Positions 24,986-35,478 are shown, counted from the stretch's first letter. The stretch: DNA of 41,025 nucleotides from Acidobacteriota bacterium (GCA_003577095.1 QEUR01000004.1:1-41025), one strand, 5' to 3'. Numbers and translations are program-made. Notes: a model not told the origin generated them from the sequence alone.

Positions 24986-26176
24986 TCAGTCGCTGCCCAG
25001 CTCGCCGAGCTCGTCGACCACGACGTTGCGCAGGGTGCCGTCGACCTCCTGGACCTCGCGCAGGTACCACATCTGCACCGGCGTGCCGATGTTCGACCAG
25101 GTCCAGGTGCCGCGCGGCGACTCGACCTCGGTGATCTCGCCGATCGCGGTGTTGATCGCCTCGGGGTCGGCCTTGCCGCCGGCCGCCTCGATCGCCATGT
25201 CGAGCACCTTGGCCGCGTCGTAGGAGGCCATCGCGTAGGTCGTCGGCTTCATGCCGGTCTTGGCCTCGTAGTCCTCGACGAAGGCCTTGTTGAGCTCGTT
25301 GTCGAGGTCGTAGTTGTAGTTCATCGCGGTGAAGGTGCCCTCGGCCGCCTCGCCCTGCGCGTCGAGCACGCCGCCCTCGGTGAGGAAGCCGGCCGAGTAG
25401 TGGTCGACGTCGCCCTTGAGGCCGAACTGGTCGTACTGCTTGACGAACTCGACCGCGGCGCCGCCGGCGTAGAAGGAGAAGAGCGCCTCGGCGCCCGAGG
25501 ACTTGGCGTTGGCGAGGAACGGCTGGAAGTTGCTGGTGTCCGGGAACGGCGTGTAGACCTCGTCGACGGTCTCGCCGCCGGCCGGCCCGAAGCTCTTCTT
25601 GAAGCCCTCGACCTCGTCCTTGCCGGCCTGGTAGTCGGCCGCCAGGAAGTAGACGCCGCCGTCGACGTTCTCGGCGACGTACTTGCCCAGCGCCTCGCCC
25701 GGCTCGTCGTTGACGTAGGAGGTGCGCCAGATGTAGGTGGCGTCGGTCAGGGTCGTGGGCGAGGCGTTGGAGCCCACGAGCGGGATCTTGGAGGTCTCGA
25801 ACAGGTCGACGACGCCGTTCATCACCGCCGAGCTGACCACGCCGGTGACGACGGTGACCTGGTCCTGCTTCACCAGCTTCTCGGCGGCGGCCTTGCCGGA
25901 GTCGGCCGTCTCGCCCTCGTCGGCGAGGATCACCTCCACCTCGGCGCCGCCGAGCTTGTCGTCGTGCTGCTCGAGGTAGACCTCGAAGCCGGCCTTCATG
26001 TCGTCGCCCAGGCTCTTGTAGACCCCGGACTGCGGCACGAGCAGGCCGATCTTGATCGGGCCCTCGGCCGCGGCGTCGTCGCTCCCGCCGCCGAGGGTGC
26101 CGCCGCCGCAGCCGCTCAGGACGAGCGCCCCTGACGCGGCCAGGGCGAGGAGGTATGAAGTGCGTCGGGTGGTCAT
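24986..26176 (-). CDS. ABC substrate-binding lipoprotein (LIV/aromatic acid type)
   Basis: Lipobox LSG-C, KIGLLVPQSG, ADYQAG, SPRG; ATG at 26176. Confidence 0.92.
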   Translation of the reverse strand: MTTRRTSYLLALAASGALVLSGCGGGTLGGGSDDAAAEGPIKIGLLVPQSGVYKSLGDDMKAGFEVYLEQHDDKLGGAEVEVILADEGETADSGKAAAEKLVKQDQVTVVTGVVSSAVMNGVVDLFETSKIPLVGSNASPTTLTDATYIWRTSYVNDEPGEALGKYVAENVDGGVYFLAADYQAGKDEVEGFKKSFGPAGGETVDEVYTPFPDTSNFQPFLANAKSSGAEALFSFYAGGAAVEFVKQYDQFGLKGDVDHYSAGFLTEGGVLDAQGEAAEGTFTAMNYNYDLDNELNKAFVEDYEAKTGMKPTTYAMASYDAAKVLDMAIEAAGGKADPEAINTAIGEITEVESPRGTWTWSNIGTPVQMWYLREVQEVDGTLRNVVVDELGELGSD

Positions 26177-26304
26177 CGGTGATCCCCTTTTGTGGGTGGG
26201 CCGGCACGTCCTTGCGCCGGGTCGGCTGCTTGTGCACCTTATGTCGTGCTCGTGTCGCTCGTCCAGAGAACGACACATCGTTGTGACCGAAATGTGACGC
26301 GGCG

Positions 26305-26709
26305 TCAGGCGTCCTCGGCGGGGAGCACGGCGAAGCCCTGCACCTCGACGAGCGCCTCGACGTCCCAGAGGCGGTTGACGCCGATGCCGGCCAGCGCCGG
26401 GTAGTGGCGGCCGAGCAGCCGCTTCCAGACCTGCCCGATCTCGCGGGCGTGCGCCTTGTAGTCGTCCATGTCGACGATGTAGATGGTCAGGCTGGCCAGG
26501 TCGGTGGGCTGGCCGCCGGCGGCGCGCAGCGAGGTGAGCAGCGAGGTCATCGCGACCTCGAACTGCTCGACCACGGTGTCGCCGACGATCCTGCCCTCGG
26601 GGTCCAGGGCGGTCTGGCCGGCCAGGAAGACGGTGCGGCCGGTGCCGACCACCGCGTGGCTGAACCCCTTCGGCTCGCCCAGCTCGGGCGGGTTGACGTG
26701 CTCGATCAC
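26305..26709 (-). CDS. RidA/YjgF-family protein
   Basis: PKGFSHAV, FLAGQ, YPA, LVEV; GTGA overlap with the SDR. Confidence 0.88.
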   Translation of the reverse strand: MIEHVNPPELGEPKGFSHAVVGTGRTVFLAGQTALDPEGRIVGDTVVEQFEVAMTSLLTSLRAAGGQPTDLASLTIYIVDMDDYKAHAREIGQVWKRLLGRHYPALAGIGVNRLWDVEALVEVQGFAVLPAEDA

Positions 26710-27407
26710 GACTGCAGCGCTCCTCCGTCGACGTTGATCCCCTGGCCCGTCATGCCACCGTTGCGCACGCAGGCCAGCACCGCCTCGTGGGGCGTGCGGC
26801 CGGTCTTGTCCACGATCCCCTGCACCGTGGCGTCGGTCATCGGCGTGTCGACGTAGCCCGGGCAAACCGCGTTGACGGTCACGCCCGTGCGCGCGAGCTC
26901 GGCCGCCGCGGAGCGGACCAGGCCGAGCACGCCGTGCTTGCTGGCGGTGTAGGCCGAGATGTACGGCTCGCCGACCTTCGCCGCGACCGAGGCGATGACG
27001 ACGATCCGGCCCGTGCCGGCCCGCTTCATCGCCGGGATCGTCCGGCGCAGCAGGCGGAACGGCGCGGTGAGGTTGAGGTCGAGCATCTGCTGCCACTGCT
27101 CGTCGGTGGTCTTCTCGACCGAGGCGGAGACGCCGGCGCCGGCGTTGGCGACGACCACCTCCGGCGCGGCCCAGGCCGCCTCGACCTCCTCCAGCAGCCG
27201 GTCGACGGCGCCGGGCTCAGTCATGTCCGCCGGGACCACCAGCGTGGGCCCCTCGCAGCGGGCCGCGGTCTCCTCGAGCTGGTCCCGGCTGCGCGAGGTG
27301 AGCGCGACGGCATACCCCTGCCTGCTCAGCGCGGCGGCGACCCCGGCGCCGATCCCACGACCCGCGCCGGTGACCAGCGCGACCGGACGACCCTCATGCG
27401 TTGACAC
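26706..27407 (-). CDS. Short-chain dehydrogenase/reductase with apparent in-frame C-terminal deletion
   Basis: TGAGRGIG, ANAG, YTASK, NAVCPGYVDT, NVDGG; the usual PxxR...EVA segment is missing. Confidence 0.85.
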   Translation of the reverse strand: MSTHEGRPVALVTGAGRGIGAGVAAALSRQGYAVALTSRSRDQLEETAARCEGPTLVVPADMTEPGAVDRLLEEVEAAWAAPEVVVANAGAGVSASVEKTTDEQWQQMLDLNLTAPFRLLRRTIPAMKRAGTGRIVVIASVAAKVGEPYISAYTASKHGVLGLVRSAAAELARTGVTVNAVCPGYVDTPMTDATVQGIVDKTGRTPHEAVLACVRNGGMTGQGINVDGGALQS

Positions 27408-27427
27408 GCCGTGACCTTGCCACTCTT

Positions 27428-27444
27428 CGTGACGACCGTCAAGA
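27428..27444. promoter_or_regulatory. Putative operator palindrome, copy 3
   Basis: CGTGACGACCGTCAAGA in the divergent SDR/crotonase intergenic region. Confidence 0.6.
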
Positions 27445-27498
27445 TGACGACATACCCACCGACGACACCCGAGACGACACCCGAGAGGGAGAGCAGCG

Positions 27499-28296
<798 letters not shown>

Positions 28297-28311
28297 GCGC
28301 GCGCGGGGGCG

Positions 28312-28707
28312 TCAGTCCAGGACGACCGTCGCCTCGATCTCGATGAGCAGGCCGGGCACGGCGAGCCCGGTGATGCCGACGATCGTCTGCGCCGGGTGCC
28401 GGTCGCTGCCCTGGACTTCCTCGATGCCCGAGGTGATCACCTCGTACTCCGTCGGCGCGGTCGTGTAGATCGTGCGGCGCACCACCTGGTCCCAGCCGGC
28501 ACCGATCGCCTCGAGCGCCAGCTGCAGGTTGCGCATGGCGGCCACGGTCTGGGCGCGCAGGTCGTCGCCGCCGACCACCGAGAAGTCCGGGGCGAGCGCC
28601 ACCTGCCCGGCGATGTATGCCGTGCGCGCTCCCTGCGCGACGGTCACGTGGCTGAAGCCGGGCGCGGGGTGGAGCCCTTCGGGGTTGATGAGGTCACAGG
28701 TCGTCAT
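28312..28707 (-). CDS. RidA/YjgF-family protein
   Basis: PAPGFSHV, YIAGQV, HPAQT, LIEIEA. Confidence 0.88.
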   Translation of the reverse strand: MTTCDLINPEGLHPAPGFSHVTVAQGARTAYIAGQVALAPDFSVVGGDDLRAQTVAAMRNLQLALEAIGAGWDQVVRRTIYTTAPTEYEVITSGIEEVQGSDRHPAQTIVGITGLAVPGLLIEIEATVVLD

Positions 28708-28776
28708 TGGCCTGCTCCGTCGATCCGGTGGGGGTGAGGGTCGGCCCAGGCTAGGCCGGTCCGGCCGGGAAGGGAA

Positions 28777-28807
28777 GGGCGGCGACCGGCACAGCCGACC
28801 GTCGCCC
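28777..28807. terminator. GC-rich hairpin at the transporter stop
   Basis: GGGCGGCG...CGTCGCCC imperfect stem directly after the TGA at 28808. Confidence 0.4.
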
Positions 28808-30271
28808 TCAGACCTCCAGCAGTTCAGCGTCTGCGTCCCGGGCCCAGACCTCGGCGCCGTCCTTGCCCTCGAAGGTGCGGCCCCAACCCGTCAGAATGGC
28901 CCCGAGCATCACCACGGTGAGCACGAGGGGATAGAACGAAGCGCCGAAGACGGCGAGCGCCGACAGCGTCTCCCCCGTGCCTTGGGTGAGCTGGCTGGAG
29001 ATGAGCAGGAAGGTCGAGATCACCGGCATGACTGACCCGAGGCCGAGTGCCCCGCAGTCCATCACGTTGGCGCGTCGGTTGGGGTGCAGGTTCGCGGCCG
29101 CCCCGACCTCGTCGGCGACGGGGCCGAAGAGCAGCATCGAGGGGCCGTTCACGCTGGCGAACAGGCCCGTCGTCACGATGGCACCACCGAAGATGGACAG
29201 CTCAGCCCTGACGGGCGAACCGGTGAGGCCGCGATCCTGCAGCCAGCCGACCAGGACGGCGAACAGGCCGGAGTCCTGGAACGTACCGATGACCGCGAAC
29301 ACGACGATGCTGATGCCGATGAGCGGCAGCATGTCGGCAACTCCCGCAGCCAGGAAGCCACCCGCGCCGTTGTTCTCTCCCGCAGAGATGATCATGGACC
29401 AGGTGAGGCTGCCCGTGACCAGGCCGACGAATACCCCGACCACCAGTCCGACGGACACCGCGAGGAAGATGTCACGCTTCCAGATGGCCACCACGATGAG
29501 CACGGTCACCGCGATGAGCATCCACAGTCCGCGAGGACTGGCGTCAGCAGCCTCCAGCGCGGCAGCCCCTTCGGTGCCGGACATGAGGCTCGTCACGGTG
29601 AAGAGGACGAAGGTGATCAGCGCAGAGAGCCCTGCATAGCGGAACCGGGTCCGGACGATGTCGCCGACCTCGGCCGAGCCCTCCCGACGCCTGTACCGCT
29701 GGGTCATCGCCGAGACGATGGTCGAGTCAGAGATCGGCGCGAGGTTGTCACCGAAGAGGGCCCCCGACAAGATGGCGCCCGCCATCAGGACCGGACTGGC
29801 TCCCAGCGCCACTCCGGCGGGGTAGAAGATCGGGAAGACGGCGAAGAGGGTGCCGAGCGAGGTACCGGTGGAGACAGCCATCAGGCAGGCGAGCGCGAAG
29901 GTGATCGGTACGAACCAGGCACCGTTCAGTCCGATCTCACCAGCCAGCCAGATGAAGCCGCTTGACACTCCGGTCACGCTGAGCAGTGCCGAGACCAGGC
30001 TCACGACGAGGAGGATCAGGACGAGGTTGGCCGCGTCCGGTGACCCCGCCCCCTTCAGCACCGCCTTCCAGTAGTCGGCGTAGGAGCGGGCGAAGAATGC
30101 ATTGATGATCAGGCCGACGACGCCGCCCGCCACGAGGGCGCTCATGTCGTAGACGTGCAGGAAGGCCAGGTTGTAGGTGGCTGCGGCGATAAATATCAGC
30201 GGGGCGACGAGGACCATGGCCAGGCCCCCATGGAACGCGAGCTTGCCCTGGGGTTCAGTTGCGTGGGTCAT
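28808..30271 (-). CDS. NhaC/ArsB-superfamily transporter (amino-acid/organic-acid transporter-like)
   Basis: Multi-TM; STGTSLGT, GAILSGALFGDNLAPISDSTIVS. Confidence 0.85.
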   Translation of the reverse strand: MTHATEPQGKLAFHGGLAMVLVAPLIFIAAATYNLAFLHVYDMSALVAGGVVGLIINAFFARSYADYWKAVLKGAGSPDAANLVLILLVVSLVSALLSVTGVSSGFIWLAGEIGLNGAWFVPITFALACLMAVSTGTSLGTLFAVFPIFYPAGVALGASPVLMAGAILSGALFGDNLAPISDSTIVSAMTQRYRRREGSAEVGDIVRTRFRYAGLSALITFVLFTVTSLMSGTEGAAALEAADASPRGLWMLIAVTVLIVVAIWKRDIFLAVSVGLVVGVFVGLVTGSLTWSMIISAGENNGAGGFLAAGVADMLPLIGISIVVFAVIGTFQDSGLFAVLVGWLQDRGLTGSPVRAELSIFGGAIVTTGLFASVNGPSMLLFGPVADEVGAAANLHPNRRANVMDCGALGLGSVMPVISTFLLISSQLTQGTGETLSALAVFGASFYPLVLTVVMLGAILTGWGRTFEGKDGAEVWARDADAELLEV

Positions 30272-30283
30272 GAGAGGGACTCC

Positions 30284-31438
30284 TTAGACGAGTTTCTTGA
30301 GGGCGGCGAGGGCACGCTCGATGTCGGCGCCGTTGGTGTAGTAGTGAAGCGACATTCGCAAGAGGTCGTTGCGTGGAGCTGCGTAGACCCCCTCTTCCGC
30401 CAGCCGAGCTGCAGTCCCGTCAGGATCGTGCAGCTTGAGCGCGACCTGCGGGCCCCTGCGCTCCGGGGAGGTCGGCCCCGACACCTCGATGCCCAGTTCC
30501 CTCACGCCGGTGCTGAGCTCCTCGCGCATCGAAGCGACGTGCTCGACCACATCGCTCTGCCGTGCGCGGCGTAGCAGCCGCAACCCGGCCAGGCTCGCGT
30601 ACACCGCGGGTACCGCCGGGGTGCCGGACTCGAACCGTCGGGCGTTCGGTGCGTAGGCGGTGTCGCGTGGGTCGAAAGCGAACGGGTCAGGTCTGCCGAA
30701 CCAACCTGTGAACTCGGGGAGCTTGTCGGCGACCGCGATGTCCCGCACGTACAGGAACGCCACTCCTCCGAGGCCCAGCAGGTACTTCAGAGACCCGGTC
30801 GTCAGGTAGTCGCACTGGAGTTGTTGCACATCGAGCGGTACGGTGCCGGCGCCCTGGTAGGCGTCCACGAACGTGACGACACCCTTTTCACGGGCGTGCC
30901 CGATGATGGGCTCCAGCTCTGGTCGTGCCCCGTCGTGGTAGCTGACCAGGGGCACCGACACGAGCTTGGTCTTCCCGGTCATCCGGGAGATCCAGGTCTC
31001 TGCATGGACGGCTGAGTCGCGGTCGTCGATGAAGTCGATCTCAGCACCGTTCCGCTGCTGAGCGTGGAGCACGTTGGCGACCGACGGAAACTCCAGGTCG
31101 GACGTCATGATCTGCCCGCCGTCCCAGCGGAACGCGCTCGCCACCTGGTAGGCGCCGGCGGACGCGGACGGGACGATCGCGATGTGATCCGGGGTCGTGT
31201 TGATGAAGTCGGCGAACTCGGCGCGCAGCTCCTCGACCTTGGCCATCCACTCGCCCCACGGAGCCGCGTGCAGGTGGATGCTGCGCTTCAGGTCGTCCAG
31301 CGCATAGCTCATCTCCAGGGACAACGCGCCCTGCGAGCAGCTGTCGAAGTGGCTGAGCTCGGCCAGGTGAGGGAAGTGAGTCCTGAACTCTGCGGATGAG
31401 AGGTACTCATCGGGCAAGGAAACACTGCTGTTGGGCAC
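30284..31438 (-). CDS. Class V PLP-dependent enzyme (kynureninase/cysteine desulfurase-like)
   Basis: DLEFPS, VDAYQ, GSLKYLLG (PLP Lys), GWFG..DPFAF, RRFESGTP, R.SLHYY. Confidence 0.85.
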   Translation of the reverse strand: MPNSSVSLPDEYLSSAEFRTHFPHLAELSHFDSCSQGALSLEMSYALDDLKRSIHLHAAPWGEWMAKVEELRAEFADFINTTPDHIAIVPSASAGAYQVASAFRWDGGQIMTSDLEFPSVANVLHAQQRNGAEIDFIDDRDSAVHAETWISRMTGKTKLVSVPLVSYHDGARPELEPIIGHAREKGVVTFVDAYQGAGTVPLDVQQLQCDYLTTGSLKYLLGLGGVAFLYVRDIAVADKLPEFTGWFGRPDPFAFDPRDTAYAPNARRFESGTPAVPAVYASLAGLRLLRRARQSDVVEHVASMREELSTGVRELGIEVSGPTSPERRGPQVALKLHDPDGTAARLAEEGVYAAPRNDLLRMSLHYYTNGADIERALAALKKLV

Positions 31439-31495
31439 GGGGTCTTCTTCTCCTTGGTCGTGGTCGGGAATGCCGAAGGGCCGTCCGGGCCCCTG

Positions 31496-32038
31496 TCAGT
31501 AGCTAGGTGGCGTGATCGCCAGAATGAATCGCGCAGGAGCGTCGCCGTCATTGATGTAGCGATGAGGCAGCCGGGAATCGAAGGAGCACGAATCGCCCTC
31601 CGACAGAATGAAGTCCTCGCCGTTGATCTCGGCCCGCACTCTCCCGGAAATGACGGTCACGCACTCCTCGGAGGGGTGGGTCCAAGGAGTTGGTGACGAG
31701 CTTCCGTGCGGATCCAGCAACCCTTCGAGAACCTCGATGCGTCCGGTCCCTGCCGAGAGTCTGGCGTAGGAGATGCCACCCTTAGGGCTGGTTACCCGGA
31801 CGCGGCCGCCGCGCCGCACCACGGCAGGTCCTTGCCCTCCAGCGTCGGCGAACAGGTCGAACATGGGCACACCCAGCACGGTCGCGATACGCCGCAGGGA
31901 CTCGAGACTCGGATCGACCAGATCGCGTTCCAGCTGACTGACGAAGCCGGGGGACAGCTCAGCACGCCCTGCGAACTCACGCAGAGACAGCCCCGACCGC
32001 TCGCGGGCGGCTCGGATCCTCGCTCCCAAGGCCATCAC
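31496..32038 (-). CDS. XRE-family HTH regulator with cupin domain
   Basis: SLREFA...SPGFVSQLER HTH; HPSEE, EGDS..FDS..PH cupin. Confidence 0.9.
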   Translation of the reverse strand: MMALGARIRAARERSGLSLREFAGRAELSPGFVSQLERDLVDPSLESLRRIATVLGVPMFDLFADAGGQGPAVVRRGGRVRVTSPKGGISYARLSAGTGRIEVLEGLLDPHGSSSPTPWTHPSEECVTVISGRVRAEINGEDFILSEGDSCSFDSRLPHRYINDGDAPARFILAITPPSY

Positions 32039-32094
32039 GACCTCCTGTCCTCCGCTGCGCTGAGCACGTGGTGCGATCGTTCCTGCACCACGTT

Positions 32095-32113
32095 TGTTTG
32101 GTCAGACTAAACA
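32095..32113. promoter_or_regulatory. Putative XRE operator
   Basis: TGTTTGGTC-A-GACTAAACA, AT-rich dyad with one mismatch, upstream of the XRE gene. Confidence 0.55.
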
Positions 32114-32190
32114 CGGCGGTGCGCCTCGGTCAAGGGTCGCTCCGTCCTCGTTCGCCCATCCGCGGTTTCCCCTGATGCATAGCGCGCCGT

Positions 32191-32202
32191 TGACGAGCGT
32201 CA
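32191..32202. promoter_or_regulatory. Putative operator palindrome, copy 4
   Basis: TGACG-AG-CGTCA upstream of the cyclase, flanked by direct repeats GATGCATAG (32174, 32208). Confidence 0.5.
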
Positions 32203-32253
32203 TGGGCGATGCATAGGCTGCCCGCACCTGACGTCCCCGCCCCGGAGGTGCCC

Positions 32254-33024
32254 GTGTCCGTCCTCGCCCAGCTCGCAGACGCCCTTCGTGACGGCAGCGT
32301 GGAGGTCGTCGACCTCACCGCGCCGCTGTCCTCGCAGACGCCGCTGCTCGAGCTGCCGCCGCAGTTCGGCCAGACCGCGCAGTTCCAGCACGAGGAGATC
32401 AGCCGCTACGACGACCGCGGCCCGGCCTGGTACTGGAACAACTTCCGCACCGGCGAGCACACCGGCACCCACTTCGACGCGCCCAACCACTGGGTGACCG
32501 GGAAGGACCTGGACGACGTCGCGAGCGTGCCGGTGCGCTTCTTCGTCCGGCCGGCCGCGGTGATCGACGTCGTCGAGAAGGTCGAGGCCGACCCGAACTT
32601 CCTCATCGAGCGCGAGCACGTCGAGGCCTGGGTCGAGGAGCACGGGCCGCTGCCCTCGGGCGGCTGGCTGCTGTGCCGGACCGGCTGGTCGAGCCGGACC
32701 AGCCAGGAGGACATGATCAACAACACCGAGACCGGCCCGACCAGCCCCGGCATGTCCGTGGACTGCGCCCGCTGGATCGCCGAGGAGACCGACCTCATCG
32801 GCATCGGCGTGGAGACCGTCGGCACCGACGCCGGGGCCGCGCACTCCTTCGACCCGGCCTTCCCCTGCCACGCGCTGCTGCTCGGCGCCAACAAGTACGG
32901 CCTCGCCCAGCTCCAGAACCTCGACAAGCTCCCGCCGACCGGCGCGATGGTCCTGGCCTCGCCCCTGAAGATCGTGGACGGCTCCGGCTCCCCGGTGCGC
33001 GTCCTCGCCCTCGTCGAGCGCTAG
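32254..33024 (+). CDS. Cyclase-family metal amidohydrolase (isatin hydrolase / kynurenine formamidase-like)
   Basis: HTGTHFDAPNH (HxGTHxDxPxH), ISRYDDRGPAWYWNN, GVETVGTDAG, GSGSPVR; GTG after GGAGG. Confidence 0.88.
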   Translation: MSVLAQLADALRDGSVEVVDLTAPLSSQTPLLELPPQFGQTAQFQHEEISRYDDRGPAWYWNNFRTGEHTGTHFDAPNHWVTGKDLDDVASVPVRFFVRPAAVIDVVEKVEADPNFLIEREHVEAWVEEHGPLPSGGWLLCRTGWSSRTSQEDMINNTETGPTSPGMSVDCARWIAEETDLIGIGVETVGTDAGAAHSFDPAFPCHALLLGANKYGLAQLQNLDKLPPTGAMVLASPLKIVDGSGSPVRVLALVER

Positions 33025-33038
33025 GCCGGGCGCGTCCA

Positions 33039-34679
33039 ATGCTCGTCTCCGAGGCGGTCGGCCGGGCCCTGGTGGTATGCGGTGTCGACCACGTCTTCGG
33101 GGTGGTCGGCTCGGGCAACTTCCACGTCACCAACGCCATGGTCGCGGCCGGTGCGCGCTTCGTCGCGACCCGGCACGAGGGCGGCGGGGCGACGGCGGCC
33201 GACGGCTACGCCCGCGTCTCGGGCAGGCCGGCCGCGGTCACCGTCCACCAGGGCTGCGGCTTCACCAACAGCCTGACCGGGATCGCCGAGGCGGCCAAGA
33301 GCCGCACGCCGCTCGTCCTGCTCGCGCCGGAGTCGGTCGAGCCGCGCTCCAACTTCTACGTCGAGCAGGAGGCGATGGCTCGGGCCGTCGGCGCCGTGCC
33401 GCACCGGGTCACCTCCGCCGCCGAGGCGGTCGGGCAGACCGTCGCGGCCGTCGCCGAGGCCGTGCACGGGCGGCGCACCGTCGTGCTCAACCTGCCGTTG
33501 CAGGTCCAGGAGGAGCAGGTGCCGGACGGCGCCCTCGACGGTGTCGCGCTGCCGCCGGCCCCGCCCGGGGCCGCCCCGTCCGAGGAGGACGCCGAGCGAC
33601 TGGCCGAGGCCCTCCGCAAGGCGGAGCGGCCGGTCTTCGTCGTCGGCCGCGGCGGCCGCACGCACGCCGCGCGCGACGCGGTCCGGGAGCTCGCCGACCG
33701 GGCCGGGGCGCTGCTGGCGACATCGGCCGTCGCCAAGGGTCTCTACCGCGACCACGACTGGCAGCTCGACGTCTCGGGCGGGTTCTCCTCGCCGCTGACC
33801 GCCGAGCTGGTGCAGGGCGCCGACCTGATCGTCGGCTGGGGCTGCGCCCTCAACATGTGGACGATGCGGCACGGCCGGCTCATCGGGCCGGACGCCACGG
33901 TCGTGCAGGTCGACGACACCACCGACGCCCTGGGCGCGCACCGCGAGCTGACCTTCGGGGTCCTGGGCGACGTCGCGGCCACGGCCGCCGCGGTGGCCGA
34001 CCGCCTTGGTGAGCGGCGCACGGCATACCGGACCCCCGAGGTGCGCGAGCGGCTGGCGAGGGAGCTGCGCTGGCGGGACGTGCCCTTCGAGGACACGGGC
34101 GGCGACGGGCGGATCGACCCGCGGACGCTGTCCGTCGCGCTCGACGACCTGCTGCCGGCCGAACGGGTGGTGGCGGTCGACTCGGGCAACTTCATGGGCT
34201 ACCCGAGCATGTTCCTCGACGTGCCGGACGAGGAGGGCTTCTGCTTCACGCAGGCCTTCCAGTCGATCGGGCTGGGGCTGGCGACCGCGGTCGGTGCCGC
34301 GCTGGCGCGGCCGGACCGGCTGCCGGTGGCGGCGCTCGGCGACGGCGGCGCGCTCATGGCGGCGGCCGAGCTGGAGACGGTGGCACGGCTGGGGCTGCCG
34401 ATGCTGGTCGTGGTCTACAACGACGAGGCCTACGGCGCCGAGGTGCACCACTTCGGCCCGGGCGGGCACGACCTGGGCATCGTGAGCTTCCCCGAGACGG
34501 ACGTCGCGGCGATCGGGCGGGGCTACGGCTTCGAGGCGGTGACCGTGCGGAGCGTCGAGGACCTCGCCCCGGTGCGCGACTGGGTCGCGTCGGGACCGAG
34601 CAGGCCGATGCTCGTCGACGCGAAGGTCACCACCGGCGAGGCGTCGTGGTGGCTCGAGGAGGCGTTCCGCGGGCACTGA
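33039..34679 (+). CDS. Thiamine-diphosphate-dependent enzyme (acetolactate synthase/decarboxylase family)
   Basis: RHEGG (catalytic Glu), HQGCG, GDGG...NDEAYG ThDP motif; ATG at 33039. Confidence 0.9.
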   Translation: MLVSEAVGRALVVCGVDHVFGVVGSGNFHVTNAMVAAGARFVATRHEGGGATAADGYARVSGRPAAVTVHQGCGFTNSLTGIAEAAKSRTPLVLLAPESVEPRSNFYVEQEAMARAVGAVPHRVTSAAEAVGQTVAAVAEAVHGRRTVVLNLPLQVQEEQVPDGALDGVALPPAPPGAAPSEEDAERLAEALRKAERPVFVVGRGGRTHAARDAVRELADRAGALLATSAVAKGLYRDHDWQLDVSGGFSSPLTAELVQGADLIVGWGCALNMWTMRHGRLIGPDATVVQVDDTTDALGAHRELTFGVLGDVAATAAAVADRLGERRTAYRTPEVRERLARELRWRDVPFEDTGGDGRIDPRTLSVALDDLLPAERVVAVDSGNFMGYPSMFLDVPDEEGFCFTQAFQSIGLGLATAVGAALARPDRLPVAALGDGGALMAAAELETVARLGLPMLVVVYNDEAYGAEVHHFGPGGHDLGIVSFPETDVAAIGRGYGFEAVTVRSVEDLAPVRDWVASGPSRPMLVDAKVTTGEASWWLEEAFRGH

Positions 34680-34778
34680 CCGTCGGCGGGCTCACATCAC
34701 CTGCCGGATCTGGCCTTGCGTGCCGGCGCCGTCTGACTGATCCATGAGGCGGATCAGACATTCGTCGCCGGCCGCCCC

Positions 34779-35453
34779 CTACTGCCCCAGCTCGCCCAAC
34801 AGCGTCTCGAAGTCGGTGACGTCCGTGTCCACCGCGGTGCCGGAGCGGCGCCGCCGCGGCGAGACGAGCTCGTCGGCGCTGGCGGCGAAACCGGCCACCG
34901 CGCCGCTCTCGGCCACGACCAGCGCGGCCAGCTCGGACGCGGCCCGGGCGATCCGGTTGGCGAGCGCGCCGCCGCCCTCGCCGCCGCCGAAGTCCTCGGT
35001 CGCCGCGAAGACGCCGGTCGGCACGACGACCGCGCGCAGGTAGGTGAACAGCGGCCGCATCGCGTGGTCGAGCACGAGCTGGTGGCGGGCGGTGCCGGCG
35101 GTCGCGGCGATGACCACCGGCATCCCGTTGATCGCGTCGGTGTCGAGCACGTCCATGAACATCTTGAACAGGCCCGAGTAGCTGGCGGTGAAGACCGGCG
35201 TCACCGCGATCAGCCCGTCGGCGGAGCTGACCAGGTCACGCGCGCGCTGGACGGAACCGGTCGGCATACCCCCGGCGGTCATCGTGGTGGCCAGGTCCTG
35301 CGCCAGCTCGCGCAGCTCGATGACCTCGATCTCGGCGCTCTCCCCGCGGGCGCTGACCTCGGTGCTGACCGCGTCCGCGAGCCGGTCGGCGAGCAGCCGG
35401 GTGGACGACGGCCGGGACAGTCCGGCGGTGATGACGACGATGCGGCGGGCCAT
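34779..35453 (-). CDS. NAD(P)H-dependent FMN reductase (CE1759-like)
   Basis: AGLSRPSST, TPVFTASYSGLFK, ATAGTARH. Confidence 0.9.
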   Translation of the reverse strand: MARRIVVITAGLSRPSSTRLLADRLADAVSTEVSARGESAEIEVIELRELAQDLATTMTAGGMPTGSVQRARDLVSSADGLIAVTPVFTASYSGLFKMFMDVLDTDAINGMPVVIAATAGTARHQLVLDHAMRPLFTYLRAVVVPTGVFAATEDFGGGEGGGALANRIARAASELAALVVAESGAVAGFAASADELVSPRRRRSGTAVDTDVTDFETLLGELGQ

Positions 35454-35478
35454 GCAGGTGCTCCTCGGGTATGGGGTG

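Noticed and set aside
27461-27484. 12-bp tandem duplication GACGACACCCGA x2 in a 5' UTR
   Set aside because: Only two short copies; likely slippage with no evident function
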